64,000 nucleotides of DNA from an uncultured Candidatus Binatia bacterium (lineage in GTDB: Bacteria; Desulfobacterota; Binatia; UBA9968; CAXXLF01), in assembly GCA_965218425.1 (NCBI GenBank), contig OZ244621.1, positions 2,816,001 to 2,880,000 on the forward strand, given 5' to 3'. Below the pieces are notes generated by a model that did not search any database, was not told where the DNA came from, and was given only the letters and a program-made list of their open reading frames with translations. The position numbers and the translations under genes were made by a program. Below, piece by piece: positions 8,956-19,068 of this stretch. Numbering within the stretch: position 1 is the stretch's first letter; every line of letters starts with the position of its first letter.

Positions 8956-10098
8956 TTAGAACCCGGGAGCGTACATGGGCCAGCGGGGATCGTGGCCTCC
9001 TCGGTTTTTTATATAATCCAGGGCCTCATTGGCCGCCTCCAAGGGAAAGAAACGGCTGGTTATGGGTTGTGTATCGATCACTCCACTTCGCGCCAGCGCC
9101 AGCAGTTCGGGCACGTCTGCGTAGTGACGGCCGGTGGTGCTGGTAAATTCAATGTTTCGAACCATGAGATATCGGATCGGGATATGGAGAGGCTCCGGGT
9201 TTGCCGCGATCAGAGTCACCCGCCCGCCTGCTTCAAGGTTTTTCATGCACTCCATCATGGTCTCGGCTCCGGCTGGTGCCACGTCCGCCAGGACGCTGGC
9301 TCCTTGTCCCCCGGTCAATTCCTGGACTCTATCAGTGATGGACTCCCCACGGCCAAGCGAAATGGTCGAGATTCGCCGGGGATCGATTTCCCGAACTTGA
9401 TCCAAGCGTACGGGGTTCCGAGCCACCGCAATGATTTTTGCCGCCCCCATGAGCAGGGCGCTAATGATAGTACCTATGCCTGTAATGCCGGAGGCTCCAT
9501 GAATGATCAGGGTTTCTCCACTGTGAAAGCGTGCTCGCTTCAGGGCCCGGTAGCCCACCGCGATCTGGGAGATCTTGGACATGACGTCGATGTCGTCGTC
9601 AGGTCGGAGCGGGCAAAGATTGGTTGCCGGAACCCGGCAATACTCCGCCCAAAGGCCGTCTTTGTAACGCAACAGCCGGTCCGGTAACTTCTTCGCGCCG
9701 AAGTTGGCTACGAATCCCATGGTCTTGTGGGACGGACAGAGGTTTTGCCGATCGGTGCGACAGTATTTGCAGAAACCACAAGTGATGGCGCACATGACCA
9801 CTGCGTGGTCGCCTGGGCGCAGATTGGTGACGTCTGCACCCACTTCCACCACCTCCCCCAACCCGTCATGGCCGATGGTCATGGGTAGATATGGAATTGC
9901 GTTCACATCGGGCGCGTAATTTATGCCGTCTTCCCTCATGTGTAAATCGCCGTGATTGAGGCCTGCCCGTAGGATACGAACGAGCACTTCGCCCCGGTCA
10001 ATTTCAGGAATGGGCACCTCTTCCACCCGGACCACCTCGTCCTTACCTTGTGGGCCCCTGGCGCCGTAAAATCGCGCGGCTTTCATTGTGCCCTGCAT
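8956..10098 (-). CDS. zinc-binding alcohol dehydrogenase (MDR) family protein
   Basis: Structural Zn motif CGFCKYC...NLC; GHD in place of GHE; GASGITG nucleotide-binding loop. Confidence 0.85.
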   Translation of the reverse strand: MQGTMKAARFYGARGPQGKDEVVRVEEVPIPEIDRGEVLVRILRAGLNHGDLHMREDGINYAPDVNAIPYLPMTIGHDGLGEVVEVGADVTNLRPGDHAVVMCAITCGFCKYCRTDRQNLCPSHKTMGFVANFGAKKLPDRLLRYKDGLWAEYCRVPATNLCPLRPDDDIDVMSKISQIAVGYRALKRARFHSGETLIIHGASGITGIGTIISALLMGAAKIIAVARNPVRLDQVREIDPRRISTISLGRGESITDRVQELTGGQGASVLADVAPAGAETMMECMKNLEAGGRVTLIAANPEPLHIPIRYLMVRNIEFTSTTGRHYADVPELLALARSGVIDTQPITSRFFPLEAANEALDYIKNRGGHDPRWPMYAPGF

Positions 10099-10335
10099 TT
10101 TTGTTCTCCCCTAGGATCTCGGTATTCTCAAACTGTCAAATGCTGTTTGTTCGGACAATGCCCAAGGTCCATGACCATAGTAGACCCTTGTTTGCGCTGT
10201 CAAGGGAGGTAAGGGATATACGAATGCAATCTTCAGCACCTCTGTGCTTCATCGAGTTGACAGAAAATTGTAAAGGTGATAGCAAATCGGCTACTTCATA
10301 GCGGTAAGAAAATTAATGGAATCGGAGCGGTAAAA

Positions 10336-11421
10336 ATGGTGAAACGATGGCGGTTATGGATGGTTTCGGTCCTTGTCCTTTCCGTATCTTCTGTTGGCGA
10401 GGCGGCTTGGCAAGAGGAATGGCAAAAGGTTTTGAAGGAAGCCAAGCAAGAGGGCAAGGTCTCGGTGTTTGGGCCTGCCGGAGTCCCGGCTCGAGATGCC
10501 CTGACCGAACCGTTTGAGGCGAAATACGGCATTGCCGTCAATTTTCTGGGCGGCTCTGGGCGTACGCTATCGCCCCGCGTGCTGTCTGAGCGCAGAGCAC
10601 GTCGATACGAATGGGATGTCTTTGTGCATGGCACCACCACTGGCCTCACGGCAATGATCCCGACAGGGGCATTCGCTCCAATTGAGTCGGCCTTGATACG
10701 TCCGGAGGTTAAGGACCCCAAGAACTGGCGCGGAGGTGGGCTGGAAGTCATGGGAGAAGGCGGATTGCTTGCTGTGATGACCCCTTTCCAGCGCGGTACA
10801 ATTTTTGTCAACACCAATATAGTGGATCCTAAGGTGTTCAAGTCCTATATAGATCTCTTGGCCCCAAAGTGGAAGGGGAAGATCGCCGTGGATGATCCCA
10901 CGAGAGCCGGCCCTGGGCAGGCGACTTTCACTTTCTTCTACCTGCATCCTCAACTTGGCCCAGAATTCATCCGGGCATTTGCCAAGCAGGACTTAATCCT
11001 CCAACGGGACTATACAACGGAAGCGGATAAACTCGGCCACGGCCGCTTCCCCGTTCTTGTTGGCGCAGCTGATTTTTTTGTCGAGATTCGGATCAAGCAG
11101 AAAGTTCCCATCGCAATCGTGAATCCCCGGCGACTTCGGGAGGGGTCGGATGTAAGCCCTGCCAACGGTGCCATTGCCATGTTCTCCAGGGCGCCGCACC
11201 CCAATGCGGCCAAGGTTTACATTAACTGGTTGCTTTCCCAGGAGGGACAGACCATTTTTTCTCGAAATATGGGCTACGTTAGCGCCCGGAGGGACGTACC
11301 GACTGACCATGCGTATCCGTGGCGGATACCCAAACCGGGGGCGATCAAAACCTACAATGAGCAGGCAATGAAGATCAAGCCTAGGGTAAGAGCTTTGGTG
11401 CGCGAGGTCTTCCGGCGCTGA
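10336..11421 (+). CDS. ABC transporter substrate-binding protein (Fe3+/AfuA-like family)
   Basis: Signal peptide; AKQEGKV, LLAPKWKGKI and APHPNAAKVYINWLLSQEGQ. Confidence 0.9.
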   Translation: MVKRWRLWMVSVLVLSVSSVGEAAWQEEWQKVLKEAKQEGKVSVFGPAGVPARDALTEPFEAKYGIAVNFLGGSGRTLSPRVLSERRARRYEWDVFVHGTTTGLTAMIPTGAFAPIESALIRPEVKDPKNWRGGGLEVMGEGGLLAVMTPFQRGTIFVNTNIVDPKVFKSYIDLLAPKWKGKIAVDDPTRAGPGQATFTFFYLHPQLGPEFIRAFAKQDLILQRDYTTEADKLGHGRFPVLVGAADFFVEIRIKQKVPIAIVNPRRLREGSDVSPANGAIAMFSRAPHPNAAKVYINWLLSQEGQTIFSRNMGYVSARRDVPTDHAYPWRIPKPGAIKTYNEQAMKIKPRVRALVREVFRR

Positions 11422-11473
11422 CCATCGCTCCTAGCGCCATATTCAAGCGAAAAATTATTTGAGGCATTGACCT

Positions 11474-13210
11474 ATGTCCCAGCCGGCAATAGCTGAATCA
11501 TCCCAGCCGCGTCCATTTTCTCGATCCTTGGAGCCGGCCACGCTCCTGATCGCTCTGTTGTTCGCTGTGGTGGCGTTTCTCGTTCTTACCCCGCTCTTTT
11601 TGATGCTGCTCAATAGTTTCCAGTTAGGCCGCCCTGGTGAGGTCCCGGTGTATGGGCTTGAAGGATGGAGACAGGCCTTCAACGATCCTTCCATGCTATC
11701 GGCTCTGTGGAACACTGTGTCTCTGGCAGTGACGCGCCAAGCCATTGCCCTGGTCATAGGTGTGATGCTGGCCTGGTTGATCGCTCGTACGGATCTGCCG
11801 TGGAAGAACGGATTGGAGTTTACCTTTTGGATCTCCTTTTTTCTCCCCTCTCTACCAGTGGCCTTGGGGTGGATCCTTCTCCTGGATGACAAATTCGGGT
11901 TGCTAAACCGCTGGCTTCAGGCTTTGCCTTTCATTGAGCAAGCTATCTTCAACGTCTACTCCTTCTGGGGAATCGTGTGGGTTCACATGACAACAACCCT
12001 GGGGGTCAAAGTGCTGCTATTGGCGCCAGCTTTCCGCAATCTGGATGCCACGCTGGAAGAGTCGTCACGCAGTTGTGGGGCCAGCACCCTAGGGACTGTG
12101 TTCCGCGTGGTCATACCATTGATGATGCCTGCCATCCTGGTGTCGAGCATCCTGGGGGTCATTCGCTCCATGGAGGCATTTGAGATCGAACTCTTGCTGG
12201 GAGTTCCCATTGGGTTGTTTGTTTATTCGACTAAAATTCGCGACCTGGTGTCTTACGAACCGCCGGAATATGCGCCTGCGACTGCTCTGGGTACCGTGTT
12301 TCTGGTGGTGCTGCTGGCCCTGGTGGCTTTTCAGCGCTGGTACGTAGGACGTAGAATGTTTCGCACAGTGACCGGTCGCGGGTTCAGTACCCGACCCGTG
12401 GCCCTGGGCCGTTGGCGTTGGCCCCTTTTCGGGCTGGTGCTGCTGATCGCTCTTTCCGTCACCCTCACTCCAATGGTCATGCTGGCCATGGGGACGTTCA
12501 TGCGGGCCTTTGGCTACTTTGATATTCCGAACCCCTGGACTTTTGAGAACTGGACGCGGGTCTTATCCGATCCGTTTCTTATCCAGTCCGTGCGAAATAC
12601 CATTATAGTGGGTCTGGGTACTGCATTTGCCGGTGTTGTTTTTTATGGGCTCATTGCGTACGTTGTTGTGAAGACCCGTTTCGCAGGGCGCGCGATTCTG
12701 GACTTTCTCTCCTGGCTTCCGTGGGCAATTCCCGGAATTCTCCTGGGGTTGGCTTTGCTCTGGACCGTTTTTCAAACTCGGTTTTTGCTGTTTCTTTATG
12801 GTAGCGTTTACCTCCTAATGCTAGCCCTATTTATCAAGAGCATGCCTTTTGGAGTTCAGATCACCAAGAGCGTTCTGCTTCAAATCGGTCCCGAGTTAGA
12901 AGAGGCTGCACGGATCAGTGGCGGATCCTGGCTCCAATGCTATCGCCGGATCCTGTTGCCTTTACTGACTCCCACTTTCATCGTCGTGGGTTTGGTTGGA
13001 TTCATGTCGGCTGCACGCGACATCAGTACGGTGGTACTGTTGGGTTCGGCCCAATCGCGGACCATGTCACTGTTGGCGTTGGATTATGCCTTTGGAGGAC
13101 AGTTCGAACGGGGTTCGGTGGTTGCCTTCATGACCTCCATTATCGTAATTGTGACTGCTATGTTGGCCCGGATGATCGGTGGAAAAGTGGGCATTGGCGG
13201 GGGCCAGTGA
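11474..13210 (+). CDS. ABC transporter permease (FbpB-like, two repeats)
   Basis: Multiple TM segments; two EAA loops (LEESSRSCGA, LEEAARISGG). Confidence 0.9.
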   Translation: MSQPAIAESSQPRPFSRSLEPATLLIALLFAVVAFLVLTPLFLMLLNSFQLGRPGEVPVYGLEGWRQAFNDPSMLSALWNTVSLAVTRQAIALVIGVMLAWLIARTDLPWKNGLEFTFWISFFLPSLPVALGWILLLDDKFGLLNRWLQALPFIEQAIFNVYSFWGIVWVHMTTTLGVKVLLLAPAFRNLDATLEESSRSCGASTLGTVFRVVIPLMMPAILVSSILGVIRSMEAFEIELLLGVPIGLFVYSTKIRDLVSYEPPEYAPATALGTVFLVVLLALVAFQRWYVGRRMFRTVTGRGFSTRPVALGRWRWPLFGLVLLIALSVTLTPMVMLAMGTFMRAFGYFDIPNPWTFENWTRVLSDPFLIQSVRNTIIVGLGTAFAGVVFYGLIAYVVVKTRFAGRAILDFLSWLPWAIPGILLGLALLWTVFQTRFLLFLYGSVYLLMLALFIKSMPFGVQITKSVLLQIGPELEEAARISGGSWLQCYRRILLPLLTPTFIVVGLVGFMSAARDISTVVLLGSAQSRTMSLLALDYAFGGQFERGSVVAFMTSIIVIVTAMLARMIGGKVGIGGGQ

Positions 13211-13312
13211 AGCAGCGACCATCGGAGTCGCCGAATTCTCAGGTGTTTAAATTTCTAGTCATAAAACGCACGGGGACTCATATATAATGACGGGTGATGA
13301 GGAGGCAACGTA

Positions 13313-14713
13313 ATGGCGCGCCCTGAGGTAAAAGACCTTCGTAGTTACCTGGAGGTCCTCGAACGGGAAGGCGAGTTGGCGCGAATCAAGGCGCCGGTGG
13401 ATCTCAACCAGGAGATTGGTGCCATCTGTTACCGGAATTTGCACAAAAAAGGTCCCGGGCTGCTCTTCGAACGGCCAGGCGGTTTCGATATGCCCATGGC
13501 CGTGGATTTGCTGGCTTCACGCCGCCGCTATGCGTTGGCCCTTGGCGTAGAGACTCACCAGCTTGCGGCAACGTGGAATGAGCGTGCTGGAAATCCCCTG
13601 GAGCCGGTCATCGTTAAAAAAGGCGCTTGCCAGGATCATGTGATGATGGGAGACGATGTAGACCTGACGAAGTTCCCTGTTCCTATCTGGAACGACCTCG
13701 ACGGCGGCCCTTATTTGACCCTTTGCAGCCACCTCACTAAAGACCCAGTCACTGGCATTCGAAACGTAGGTCTTTACCGCAACCAGGTTCACGACCGAGA
13801 TACCCTTGGAATCCTTTCGGGTCCCTACACCCACTTGACCTTGCAAAGGAGGAAAGCTCCGGGCAAGCCGTTTCCAGTGGCATTGATACTTGGTGCTGAT
13901 CCCACGGTGGTGATGACGGCCACTTCCCCTTTGCCCTTCGGCACCGATGAATTGGCAGTGGCGGGCGCCCTGCGCGGTGAGCCGATGGAGTTGGTCGCGT
14001 GCCGGACCATTCCGCTGGAGGTTCCCGTCACTGCGCAGATCGTCATCGAGGGTGAGATCGATCCTGAAATGAAGCGTGATGAGGGGCCCTTTGGGGAGTT
14101 TACCGGATACTACGGCGGCCCAATGATGAAGCGCGATATCATTCGCGTCAAAGCCATCACACACCAGGCTAATCCAATTCTTCAATTGACCTATGAAGGG
14201 ATGCCACCTCACGAATCATCCGTCCTCACGGGGGTGCCCCGGGATGCTGAAATCATGCGCACCGTCAAGCTCCCGGGCCTGAAGAGCGTTTATGTAACGG
14301 ATGCAGCCGGAGGCGCCTTCCATGCAGTGGTTTCGGTAGAGAAACCGTTTGAGGGATTCGGTAAATTCGTGGGCCTCGCGGTCCTGGGAACCCAGGCGGG
14401 ACGCTATATCAAGCAGGTGATCGTAGTGGACGATGATATCGATCCCTTCGACCCGGTGGCCGTGGAGTGGGCAATCGGGACCCGTGTCCAGGCTCATCGG
14501 GACGTGGAAATTTTGAATGAAGTGACAGGGATTTTCCTTGACCCTTCCATGGATCATGACGAACAGAAGGGTCCGTCCCGCGTTTCCAAGTGGATCATCG
14601 ATGCTACGCGATACAACGCCAAGGACTATCCCCTCGTGTGCGAGCCTGAAGTGGAGGTGATGAAGAAAGTGGAGCGGGAGTGGGATCGTTATAGGATCCC
14701 CAATGGTCGCTAG
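13313..14713 (+). CDS. UbiD family (de)carboxylase
   Basis: NVGLYRNQ, EGPFGEFTGYY, VIVVDDDIDPFD and IIDAT motifs. Confidence 0.95.
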   Translation: MARPEVKDLRSYLEVLEREGELARIKAPVDLNQEIGAICYRNLHKKGPGLLFERPGGFDMPMAVDLLASRRRYALALGVETHQLAATWNERAGNPLEPVIVKKGACQDHVMMGDDVDLTKFPVPIWNDLDGGPYLTLCSHLTKDPVTGIRNVGLYRNQVHDRDTLGILSGPYTHLTLQRRKAPGKPFPVALILGADPTVVMTATSPLPFGTDELAVAGALRGEPMELVACRTIPLEVPVTAQIVIEGEIDPEMKRDEGPFGEFTGYYGGPMMKRDIIRVKAITHQANPILQLTYEGMPPHESSVLTGVPRDAEIMRTVKLPGLKSVYVTDAAGGAFHAVVSVEKPFEGFGKFVGLAVLGTQAGRYIKQVIVVDDDIDPFDPVAVEWAIGTRVQAHRDVEILNEVTGIFLDPSMDHDEQKGPSRVSKWIIDATRYNAKDYPLVCEPEVEVMKKVEREWDRYRIPNGR

Positions 14714-14768
14714 TCCAGAAACAATGAGATGAGGAACAAACGGTGAAGGAACTGAAGAGGATGCTTTG

Positions 14769-16181
14769 ATGGCCAAGGATTATCCAGTAAAGGACCTGCG
14801 CACTTATATCGAGGTCCTTGAAGCGGTGGGGGAACTGGCACGGGTGAAGGTTGCCGTGGACCTGAATCAAGAGTTGGGTGCCATCAGCAAGAAAAATATA
14901 CATCACAATGGACCAGCATTGCTCTTCGAAAAACCTGGAGGTTATGACATCCCCATCTCCATGGGCTTGCTGGCAACGCGGCGTCGTTACGCTATAGCCA
15001 TTGGAGTCGGCGCGGACCAAATCGCAGAGGAGTGGAACCGTCGGGTTGCCAATCCCATACCGCCGGTCACCGTGGAGGCCGGTCCCTGCCAGCAGCATGT
15101 TATGGAAGGCGACGAGGTTGACTTAAGGCGACTCCCGGTACCGATATGGAACGCGCATGATGGGGGTGCCTTTTTCACTTTGCCCTGTCATGTGACCAAA
15201 GACCCTGTAACCGGACTGGGCAACGTCGGTATCTATCGCAATCAGATCCACGATCGAAACACCCTTGGCCTGCAGATACAACCCTACGGTCACCTCAAAC
15301 TGCAGATGCAAAAGAGGCCCGACGAACCCTTTCCGGTGGCCATTGTCCTTGGTGCCGATCCGGTGGTTACCATGGCCGCGTGTGCGCCGTTACCATTCGG
15401 AACGGATGAGCTTGCCGTGGCGGGAGCATTAAGGGGGAAACCGCTGGAGATGGTACCCTGCCGCACAATCCCCTTGGAAGTCCCGGCCTCGGCACAGATC
15501 GTGATCGAAGGGGAATTCCTCCCCGGGTTGGTGCACGACGAGGGACCCTTTGGAGAGTTTACCGGTTACTACAGCGAGTTCAGGAAGGCCCGTCCCGCGA
15601 TTCGTGTGAAGGCCATCACCCATCAGGACCATCCCATTCTCGATGCCACCTACGAGGGGAGACAGCCCAGCGGCTCCACCGTGATGATCGGCGTGCCTCG
15701 GGAGGCGGAACTCAGACGCCAGATTTCTCTTCCAGGCATAAAGAAAATACACATGACCCCGGCGACGGCTGGAGTTCTGCATGCCGTGGTCTCGGTGGAA
15801 AAGCCCTTCGAAGGGTTCGGCAAGTTCGTGGGAATGGCCGTGCTCGGTTGTATCGCCGGACGTGCCGTCAAACAGGTTATCGTGGTGGACGACGATGTGG
15901 ATCCTTTCGACCCTCTCTCAGTGGAATGGGCAGTGGCGATGCGGGTCCAACCGCACAGGGATGTGGACGTTATCAAAGAGGTGCAGGGAGTGGTGCTCGA
16001 TCCTTCCATGCCCACTACCAAGTCCGGGGAGCGCGGGGTGACCTCCTCCAAGATGATTATCGATGCAACGCGGTACGATGCGAAGAACTATTCCAAGGTT
16101 TGTGTCCCTTCGGCCGAGGCGTTGGAGAAGGTGGACCGGGACTGGGACCGTTACGGGATTAAAACCTCCCGGGGAAAATAA
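14769..16181 (+). CDS. UbiD family (de)carboxylase, paralog 2
   Basis: NVGIYRNQ, EGPFGEFTGYY and VIVVDDDVDPFD motifs. Confidence 0.95.
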   Translation: MAKDYPVKDLRTYIEVLEAVGELARVKVAVDLNQELGAISKKNIHHNGPALLFEKPGGYDIPISMGLLATRRRYAIAIGVGADQIAEEWNRRVANPIPPVTVEAGPCQQHVMEGDEVDLRRLPVPIWNAHDGGAFFTLPCHVTKDPVTGLGNVGIYRNQIHDRNTLGLQIQPYGHLKLQMQKRPDEPFPVAIVLGADPVVTMAACAPLPFGTDELAVAGALRGKPLEMVPCRTIPLEVPASAQIVIEGEFLPGLVHDEGPFGEFTGYYSEFRKARPAIRVKAITHQDHPILDATYEGRQPSGSTVMIGVPREAELRRQISLPGIKKIHMTPATAGVLHAVVSVEKPFEGFGKFVGMAVLGCIAGRAVKQVIVVDDDVDPFDPLSVEWAVAMRVQPHRDVDVIKEVQGVVLDPSMPTTKSGERGVTSSKMIIDATRYDAKNYSKVCVPSAEALEKVDRDWDRYGIKTSRGK

Positions 16182-16203
16182 AAACTTTTCGTGCTCGTTT
16201 AAC

Positions 16204-16244
16204 AAATCGGGCCGCTCCTTGTAATCAAGGGAACGGCCCGATTT
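16204..16244. terminator. probable bidirectional intrinsic terminator
   Basis: AAATCGGGCCG...CGGCCCGATTT hairpin between convergent genes. Confidence 0.7.
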
Positions 16245-16268
16245 CCATTGAATACCTGAAATTTCAGA

Positions 16269-17405
16269 CTACGCGGCCTTGATAGGGTCCGTCCGATAGA
16301 TGACAGGTGGCATTGCGTTCTTAACACCGGTTATCTTCAACGCAGCCTCGAAGTCCTTCCGAATCTGCGGATCCTCATCCTCATGCTCGATGAGGGTACC
16401 GCCCTCCCGAAGGCTAGTCACCACGCCTTCCCGGCCGCTGGTGGCGTCATGTAGTAGGGTCGGGTTCTTGCGGCTGCCGAGGCGAAGAGCCACGTGCCGG
16501 GCCGCGTCGATTCCCGTGTTGAGGTGCATGTGAAACCATCCGTCCGGGGGGCTGTATACGCTGCCAGGTTTCCAGTTAAATTTTACGACCCGGTCTCCGT
16601 ATCCCGATTCGAAGGGATGGATGCCAAGCTCCTTGGGCCACATGAGCATGTACCCTGAAGATTGAAGCACCAGCAGGACGGCCCCCGCTGCATGGTAGTG
16701 GGCCTTGTGATAGATCCCTGTGGGCCAGTCGGAAATATGACCGATGAGGCAGTTGTCGGACATCTCAAAGCAGGTGAGACCTCCCTTTGCCTGTTTATAT
16801 GGCGCCTCTTCAACCTTGGCGCTTCTCGCATCGGCGATGAAATTGGTTTCCCAAATCTGGGTTTTATGGGCTTTCCAATAATTATCCTGGGACTTGAAGT
16901 AGTTTTCTTCTCCGCGGTAACGGGTTTGGAACTTGAAATCGTTATTGAAAACGAATTCAGGATCGCGGAAGAGGTCAAGTATCAATGGTGCCGTGGTCAC
17001 CGCGAGGACAATAGCCGGCTCCGCGGCGCCATTGACCAACCGGTGCCACGTGTTGAGCGGTGGCGCAAAGATGCTACCTTCCGACCACTCGAAAGATTGT
17101 TTCTTTTGTCCATCGTGCCAAACCTCGGTAGCCCCACGGCCTTTGAGTACGTAGAGCAACTTGTCGTAGAGGTGACGTTCCGGATTAAGGGCTCCGCCGG
17201 AAGGGACCTCCGCCACGTACATGCCGGTGACTCCGCCCCCGCCTTCTAATTGGATGTAAGAACCGGTTCCTCCGAGGCGCTTCCAGGGCTTGCGGGGAAG
17301 TTCGGTTACATCCTCGATCCCGTACCCTTCAGCTACCGGAATTCCTTCCTCTTGCATCCATCTTTGATACCCGGTCTTGGCGGGTATATATGAAACAGTG
17401 TCCAT
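16269..17405 (-). CDS. bicupin protein (gentisate 1,2-dioxygenase-like superfamily)
   Basis: PERHLYD..PPLNTWH and HKAHYH..WFHMH cupin motifs; ATG 17405 follows GGAGGT. Confidence 0.8.
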   Translation of the reverse strand: MDTVSYIPAKTGYQRWMQEEGIPVAEGYGIEDVTELPRKPWKRLGGTGSYIQLEGGGGVTGMYVAEVPSGGALNPERHLYDKLLYVLKGRGATEVWHDGQKKQSFEWSEGSIFAPPLNTWHRLVNGAAEPAIVLAVTTAPLILDLFRDPEFVFNNDFKFQTRYRGEENYFKSQDNYWKAHKTQIWETNFIADARSAKVEEAPYKQAKGGLTCFEMSDNCLIGHISDWPTGIYHKAHYHAAGAVLLVLQSSGYMLMWPKELGIHPFESGYGDRVVKFNWKPGSVYSPPDGWFHMHLNTGIDAARHVALRLGSRKNPTLLHDATSGREGVVTSLREGGTLIEHEDEDPQIRKDFEAALKITGVKNAMPPVIYRTDPIKAA

Positions 17406-17555
17406 TACTAACCTCCTGTGGATTCTTTGATTCGTTGTCCTGTACATATATTCTTGCCGGTCTGTTTTGTCAAACAACAGCGCTATGAGACACCTCGTTC
17501 ATTATCATTTTAAAATAATGAACATTTTGTGGTTGCCCGCAATTTATCCGTTGCC

Positions 17556-18686
17556 TCAACCCTTAATTCCTAAAGAGTAGAAACTCATGGAGTTGGCGCC
17601 CAGGATTTTTGCCTTCGACTCTTGGGATAATCCCTTTACTTCGTTCATCAAATGTATCGTATCGGGCCATTTCGAGTCTCCGTGGGGATAGTCCGAACTG
17701 TACAGCAAGCAATCGTCTCCCAATTCCTCTATCACGTGCGGGATATGGTATTCTCCAGGCTCGCAGCCAAAGAAAAGACGCCCCTCCCGTACGTATCGTG
17801 AGGCTGGTATGCCGGACCCCTTATAGCGGGACTCGATGTGTTCATCTATTCGTTTCACCCAATAGGGCGCCCATCCACAACCTGACTCTAGAAAGGCAAA
17901 CCGTATATTAGGATAGCGCTCCATCATCTGTCCGTCGAAGAGGCTGCTCATAGCAACCATATACGCCACCGGCATGGCTACCAGATGGGTTCCAAAGTTA
18001 CTTGTAAAGAGGTTTTCCCAGGGCATGGAATAGACCCCGGTAACCGCGTGAAGTCCGACGGCAGTGGAAAGACGGTTGGCCTCTTCAAAAAAAGGTTCAA
18101 AGTCGCGGTGGTTGAGAAGCCTTTCACCTACCAAGGCTGGGATTACGACGCCAATACAACCAAGTTGAGTCACGCAACGGTTCATCTCTCGGGCCGCCTC
18201 ATTTGGGTCCTGCAACGCCACTACGGCGATCCGCTTAAGGCGATCATTCTGCGCTGTACACTTCGCTGCAATATAGTCGTTGTAAGACCGTGCCATGGCA
18301 CAGGCCAACTCTGAATCCTCAATTCCGGGATCGACCATAATCAAATCTGGATACAACACCTGAATTTGGATGCCTTCTTTATCCATATCTTCCAAACGGC
18401 CGTGAACGTTATCCATACAGTGGTCCTTCGGCGCGTCATTTAGCGTTGCCGCCCGACTAGCGTCGGGTTTCTGAGCGGAAGGATCTTCCATCCAGGACAT
18501 AAATCCCCTTGGAGTTCCTGGCCCACGACCTGCGGGCTTCGGTACCAGACGGCCCTCCACGACCCAGAAGTAATGGCCATCGACAGGGACCAGCTTGGGA
18601 CGTCGCTCCTGCAATCCGGCTGGCAGTCCCTCAGCAAACATCTCCTCAGGAATAGCAACATGGGCATCCGCATCGATTATAAGCAT
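17556..18686 (-). CDS. amidohydrolase_2 family protein (decarboxylase/hydratase-like)
   Basis: IDADAH, FLESGCGW and SSDYPHGD motifs. Confidence 0.9.
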   Translation of the reverse strand: MLIIDADAHVAIPEEMFAEGLPAGLQERRPKLVPVDGHYFWVVEGRLVPKPAGRGPGTPRGFMSWMEDPSAQKPDASRAATLNDAPKDHCMDNVHGRLEDMDKEGIQIQVLYPDLIMVDPGIEDSELACAMARSYNDYIAAKCTAQNDRLKRIAVVALQDPNEAAREMNRCVTQLGCIGVVIPALVGERLLNHRDFEPFFEEANRLSTAVGLHAVTGVYSMPWENLFTSNFGTHLVAMPVAYMVAMSSLFDGQMMERYPNIRFAFLESGCGWAPYWVKRIDEHIESRYKGSGIPASRYVREGRLFFGCEPGEYHIPHVIEELGDDCLLYSSDYPHGDSKWPDTIHLMNEVKGLSQESKAKILGANSMSFYSLGIKG

Positions 18687-19068
18687 CTGTCTTCCCTCCT
18701 TATTCACTTTGCTATGGGATTGTTGGAAAATTGAGGTGGTCCGATTTGAGGTCGCAATCGAATACAAGCAGCCGCTCCCCTGTTTTTCTTAGTAAGCGCA
18801 TGAGCGTAGCGAGAGAGTTGCATTTATATCCCGATGGGTTTTCTAAACTCCAGCAATGCTTCCTGTTTTGCTGCGTTCACTGCTCAGAATCTCTTGGATA
18901 TCTCTTTTCCCCCTGCATCGCAACTGAATTTCGGACTTCCGCCAATACCTGTGATTGACAGGTTCTCTAACTCATGCTATTCGACCGACAGTACAATCTT
19001 CGCCTTTGGTGCGTCGGCATAGACATTCCCTAAAGGAAGGCTTGCTATTATTCCGGGAGGGACAGGTC

